Assembly (NCBI RefSeq): GCF_009914755.1 | Contig: NC_060931.1 | Source of the DNA: the human T2T-CHM13v2.0 reference genome, Homo sapiens | Reading direction: 5' to 3' (one strand) | Length of the DNA stretch: 64,000 nt | Shown here: positions 58,230 through 64,000 of the stretch, piece after piece | Layout of the letters: each line of letters begins with the position of its first letter | Position numbering within the stretch: position 1 is the first letter of the stretch | Made by a program: the position numbers and the translations under genes | The notes under the pieces: model-generated | The model's input: only the letters and a program-made list of their open reading frames with translations | Databases searched by the model: none | Told to the model about the DNA's origin: nothing

Positions 58230-59200
58230 AGAAATAATTGAACTGAGGAATGAAGAGTGAACAGTAAGAAGTAGGCTTGCTAAACACAAGTGTGAGCCTG
58301 ACTGTGTTGTGGAGGAAGGGAAGAATGGACTAGAAGGTATGAGATTGGAAGCAAGAAAGATGAACTAGAAAAGATGAGACTGGAAGCAGGGAAGTTAGGA
58401 GAAATTGCAGCAGCCAAGGTAAGAGACGATGAATATCTAGCAGACAGAGAAGATAATTTAAGAAAACTTCAGAGTAAAATCAAGTTGTATATGGTGAAAT
58501 GCAAGATATGAGGCACAAGATCCAAAGTTCCTGTAATTCTCTAGGTAACGAGGCAGCAGCAGAAATAAAATTAAAAAAAAAAAAAAAAAGAAAGGAAAAA
58601 AGAAGAAAGCCAGTTTAGGGGAGCGCTTAAGAGGTCAGCTTTAGACATGTAGAGTACAGAGTGCCTGGGGATCACGCAAGTAGAGACAATTACCAGACAA
58701 TTGGAGGGAAGGATTGATAGGTAGAAAGATAGATAGACGGATGGATGGATGGATGCACGGATAAAGAGACTGATTAATTTTACTTGCAAGAGCACTGATA
58801 TAGGTTTGAAAGTAGTAATTACATAGTAGTAGAGACAATATTATCTAAGAGAGCATATAAAGAACAGTAGGCAAAAGAACAAGCCTAGGATAAATACTTA
58901 AGAGGTAGATGAACCCACAATGACAAGAGACAGAATGTGCAGACAAGCATGAAGATGACTTAGGAGGCTTTGATGTGCAATAACCAAATTGGGAGGGCAC
59001 TGGTTGAGATTCCAAAGCAGAATTTCAGTAACAAGTTTGGATTAGAAATCAGAGAAAAGTCAACTGACAAAGTAGGTAGAAAGTGATGATGTGATTGTAG
59101 CAAATATTGATAGCTCTTCTGAGAAACTTAATGTGAGGAGAACAGAGAAGGAAAGATAGATGAGGGTTCAGGATTAAAGGGATGATTGTTGTTATTATAG
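58230..59200 (-). mobile_element. L2 fragments
   Basis: Purine-rich; gagactggaagcagggaagttaggag...gcagccaaggtaagagacgatgaa. Confidence 0.65.
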
Positions 59201-59520
59201 TATGAGTAACAAGTAAATGTATGGATTTTGTGGAAATATTGCTAGATATTGTTTCACATCGCTAGAAAAGGAGTAAAAGTCAATCCCCTGAGTGAAAAGA
59301 ATGGAGAGAGACATAGAGAAAAGCCAAGATGAGAGACCTTTTTGGATCTACAGAGAAATATAAGGAGAAACATAGGGAAGAATAAAGGAATCTGAGGAAG
59401 AGACAGAGAAAAAAATTTGTCTCATTGATTCCTGACATGTCATCCTTGATTGTGAATTTCTTGGCATAGTGAGATTACTTTTGTTCTTCAAATGATTCGT
59501 ATCTTTCATTAAAAGTAAGA

Positions 59521-60410
59521 CCTTTGGGTATATACACAGTAATGGGATTGCTGAGTCAAATGGTATTTCTGCCTTTAGGTCTTTGTGGAATCACTGTCTT
59601 CCAAAGCAGTTGAACTAATTTACACTCCCAACAACAGTGTAAAAGTGTTCCTTTTTCTCCACAACCTCGTCAGTAGATTGAAGCTAGTTGATTAGGATAT
59701 TTAGCTGTTAACTAAATTTTTGTGGGTTTGCGTCCCATTAATCTAGTAAGGACTCAGTAAGGTGTTTTTTGACTTTTTTAATAGTAGCCATTCTGACTGA
59801 TGTGGGATGGTACCACATTGTGGTTTCTATTTCCATTTCTGTAATGACCAGTGATGCTGAGCTATTTTTCACATGATTGTTGGCTGCACATATTTCTTTT
59901 TTTGAGAAGTGTCTGTTCATATCCTTTGACCGCTTTTTATAAAGACACATGCACATGTATGTTCACTGCAGCACTATTCACAACAGCAAAGATATGAAAC
60001 CAACCTAAATGCCCATCAGTGATAGACTGGATAAAGAAAATGTGGTACATAAACACCAAGGAATACTATGCAGCCATTAAAAAAGAACAAGATCATGTCT
60101 GTTGCAGGGACATGGATGCAGCTGGAGGCTACCATCCTTAGCAAACTAATGCAGGAACAGAAAACCAAATACCACATGTTCTCACTTATAAGTGGGGGCT
60201 AAGTGATGAAAAATCAACAGCCACTGGTGCCTCCTGGAGGGTTAAGAGTGGGAGGAGGGGGAGGATCAGAAAAAACAACTAATGGCTACTAGGGTTAATA
60301 TGTGAGTGATGAAATAACATGCACAAAACCCCGCCCCATGACCCATGTTTACCTTTGTAACAAACCTGCACATATACCCCTGAACTTAAAATAAAAGTAT
60401 TTAAAAAAAA
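59521..60410 (+). mobile_element. 5'-inverted (twin-primed) L1PA/PB 3' end: 59521-59936 inverted, 59937-60410 sense
   Basis: Inverted arm reads ...atatacccaaagg, which in L1 lies just upstream of tataaagacacatgcac where the sense arm starts; L1P 3' UTR and A-tail follow. Confidence 0.9.
59674..59746 (+). pseudogene. MT-TN: Nuclear copy of mitochondrial tRNA-Asn(GTT) (micro-NUMT), followed by a few bases resembling the start of tRNA-Ala
   Basis: 73 nt TAGATTGAAGCTAGTTGATTAGG...TTAGCTGTTAACTAA...TGTGGGTTT..GTCCCATTAATCTAG; anticodon GTT at 59707-59709; about 63/73 identical to human MT-TN as recalled. Confidence 0.9.
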
Positions 60411-60415
60411 GACGT

Positions 60416-60745
60416 GGACTGGTACTGTGGCTCATGTCTGTAATCCCAGCCATTTGGAAGGCCGAGGTGGAAGGTTCGCTTGAGAGCAGGCTGGGCAGCA
60501 TAGAGAGACCCCATCTCTACTCAAAGAAAAAAAAAAGAAAAAAAAAAAAGAAAAAGAAAAATCAGCAGGATATGGTGGCTTGTGCCTGTGGTCCTAGCTA
60601 CTCTGGAAGCTGAGGTAGGAGGAACATTTGAGCCCAGGATTTCGAGGTTATTGCAGTGAACTATGATCATGCCATTGCACGCCAGCCTGGGCAACAGAGC
60701 AAAAACTGTCTCAAAAATAAAGAAAAAAAAATAAAATTAAAACAA
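60416..60745 (+). mobile_element. AluJ with expanded A-rich middle
   Basis: ttgagcccaggatttcgaggttattgcagtgaactatgatcatgcc. Confidence 0.92.
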
Positions 60746-61289
60746 AACCTATAGGTAAATAAGAACCTCTGTTTTTCTCCAATTCTACTTTCCAAAACTC
60801 CTTTGAAAAAGAAAATGAGAACTCTGACCCAACTTGCTTTAGTTCAACATTCTAACAAACAGTCAGTAGTACTACTACTCACCTTACATCATGTTTCTAA
60901 CTGAATTGAGAACTAATCTGTTATTAGAATTAGACCACAAAGGACAAAGTCATTGAAGACCTTCCTAGCACAATGTCAGCCCCTCACCATCAGTGACTCA
61001 TTCATATGTATTTAGCTTTCTGAGCATATCGACTCATTTTTTCCACTAGGCACTGCATTTCTTCAGAGCTCTACTTCTCAAATCATGACAGCAATAAAAA
61101 TTCCGTCATCAAACCTGAACAACCACTACTGTATAAAAGCAACCACTGTCTTGTGCATAAAACTAATTCCTTTTTAAAAATAGTATTTTATTTTTGGCAT
61201 CCCTTGTTGCTGACTATATTGCATTGGTTGGCTCAGCCATCCATCAAACATTCATTTATTTTACAAGTGAATATTGAGTACCTTGTGCA

Positions 61290-61437
61290 GTAGAAAGAGC
61301 TTTGGCTCTGTAAGCAGACAGAACTGAGTTCAAATTTTAGCCTCATTATTTAATAGTTTTGGGACATTGGGCAAGTAAGCTAGCTTCTTTCAGCCAATGT
61401 TTCTACACTGCCAATTGAAGGTAAAAATATCTATCTT
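61290..61437 (+). mobile_element. MIR
   Basis: gaaagagctttggctctgtaagcagacagaactgagttcaaat...ttgggcaagt. Confidence 0.8.
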
Positions 61438-61438
61438 T

Positions 61439-61855
<417 letters not shown>

Positions 61856-62109
61856 TTAGTGCTCGACAGATGTTATTTTATCCATTTTATATGCCTTGTG
61901 GAGCTTAAAAACTTAACAAGACATATACTCCCTCTAGGAGAATCTTATATGCTAAAAGGGGAAACAGGTAAAATTACAGAAACAATTATAATACCAAAAA
62001 AATGGTAAGTAATAAGAGCGATAAAGAGTGCTATTGTGGGTCAAATGAGAGATTATATCTTGTTAAAGGAGGAAAACAATGACCATGATAACAATGACCA
62101 CTACCATAA

Positions 62110-62380
62110 TAATGCCAGTAATAATGTCAAACATTTGTTCAAGACTACTATATTTCAGCACTTTTCTAAACCCGGTATACATATTAACTGTTTTAATGTT
62201 CATAACAATTCTAGGAGAAAAATGACATGCAGAGATAATACTTTTAAACCAAGATGCACGATGATACTTAACAGAGATGATACTTAACATGATGCTCAGA
62301 GTCTCTAGGAAGTGGCAAGGTAAGGATTCAAACCCAGACATTGTGGCTCTAAAACCCACATTCTACCGACTGTCCAGGCT
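62110..62380 (-). mobile_element. MIR
   Basis: ctaggaagtggcaaggtaaggattcaaacccagac. Confidence 0.75.
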
Positions 62381-62721
62381 ACTTTTCTAAGAAAAGCACA
62401 CAGGCGAATAAAGCCCAGGATTTGATGAAATAGCAATAAACAAGTTAAAAATCCCAACCACTAAGTCAGTGAATATCTACTGTACCCAATATTTTCTTAT
62501 TTGATGATGAAGGCAAAACTCTTTCAGTATAATTTAAGGGTTGTAATTATTCATTTACATTTTAAAACCATTTCAATACATTTCCATTAAAACTCAGTAT
62601 TCATCTAGGAAACCCTGTAGACATTTCCTACAATGTAGGTAACATGTACAACCATGTAATACTGTGGTTTACAATGTGAAATTTCTCTGAAGCTTTAGTG
62701 CCTTCTAAAGGAAGAAACTTA

Positions 62722-62794
62722 AAAAAAAATGAAGGGAGAGAAGGAGGGAGAGTAAGAAGAAGGAAGAAAAGAAGGAGAAGAAGGAAAAGAAGAA
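62722..62794. repeat. Purine-rich (GAA/GGA) tract
   Basis: About 70 bp almost entirely A/G. Confidence 0.85.
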
Positions 62795-64000
62795 TTAGCA
62801 GAGACCTGTCAATCATCCAGTAGATGATAGGGTAATATGGTGGAAAAAACCTGGAATACCTGAGGGGCTCTATCCTGGCTTTAATGTGCCAACTGTGTGC
62901 TAAGATTCCATGGTTCTCATTTGATGATCACTCACAATTGTATTAATTCAAAAACCCTAAAATCCTTACTGTATTACAATGTAACGTCTTCATATGGTAC
63001 TTCATTATATAGATGTGATACCAAAATAATTTTTTCATGTATCTTTGGAGAGAGCCACATTTCATATTTACAGTTAAGGACTGAACGCCCTGATAAGTGA
63101 AAAAACACCCAAAACACACACTGATTCCATAAAGCTGCTGATGCTCTTGGAACAAGATAGAAATTCCAGTCAAAGAACAGAATCGCCATCCTTTTCATCC
63201 AAAGCCAGAGTCATTTTCTCTTTCACATTAAAATCTCATTTCTAGTGCTCCATGATATTAAATTTATAAAAATGAGTATAAAATATTTTAAATTTATCAT
63301 GTACCTACATTAAAAGGACAATTGCAGGAAGAGCACTCTGATCTCCCACTTTCAAAAGAGTGATCATTTAGTTAAAACAACTTCCTATGAAATAATGTAA
63401 GATAACATATAAATGGCTACCTTTAACAATTCTAACTGAATCAAAACTGAAAAGATTTTTTCTTGATTTCTGAAACAGACTGAAATTTAAGATATTAGGT
63501 ATGACTGCAGTTTCATTTAAAAACCAAGAGAGGAGTTTAATCATGTATCTGACTATCACAACTTACCTTCATTATGGGAGTGCATTATAATTGGTTTGAT
63601 TACTGGACTTGTCAATTATACAGTCAATACCAATCAATGAAAATTAATCACTTAAGATACCATGGCATAAATAAAAATTCTCTTTTTACAAATAATTATC
63701 ACAATTTTAAGATTATTCTTCCATATGTGGAAATAAATCCTGCAGATACTGAAATAATTTGGAATATTAAAGAAACTAAGATTTGCTAGATTAAAATTAA
63801 GGGGTAAGAAGGATGATTATTACTATTATTAAAAGTACATTAAATTATATGTAAATATACTCTAACACAACATCCCAACACTCAACCATGATCCCTAACA
63901 TACAGAACTGACTCAGTGCTTTCTGAGTAAATACTAGAGTATCCAGTAAATAATAAAACCTTACAATAATATTCTGAAATAAGTATTAGGTTAAATGAGA

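Noticed and set aside
59674-59746. Functional nuclear tRNA-Asn gene
   Set aside because: Mitochondrial-type sequence lacking the GTTCRA B-box, embedded in L1.

Overview
AT-rich primate genomic DNA, very probably human because it carries an Alu with all five AluYa5 diagnostic bases. I see no CpG island and no protein-coding exon I can support; the long ORFs in the track are repeat-derived or low-complexity. About 18 Alus, old L1/L2/MIR fragments, several solo LTRs (MLT1, MER4, MER50, MER77-like, MST), a Tigger2a and a MER5A make up much of the window. Most L1 and LTR copies lie on +. Several splice-site pairs and a good poly(A) site lie on the minus strand, which suggests the window sits inside a minus-strand transcription unit (a large intron or multi-exon lncRNA) that I could not name. 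The most unusual structures are: (1) a 73-bp mitochondrial tRNA-Asn copy (micro-NUMT) inside the inverted arm of a twin-primed L1; (2) a repair scar made of a 20-bp direct repeat, a perfect 40-bp palindrome and a 92-bp copy of sequence from 2.47 kb away; (3) a THE1/HERV-L/MLT2A composite that sits as one block inside an L2. Repeat subfamily names and the mtDNA comparison come from recalled consensus sequences, not from a search.
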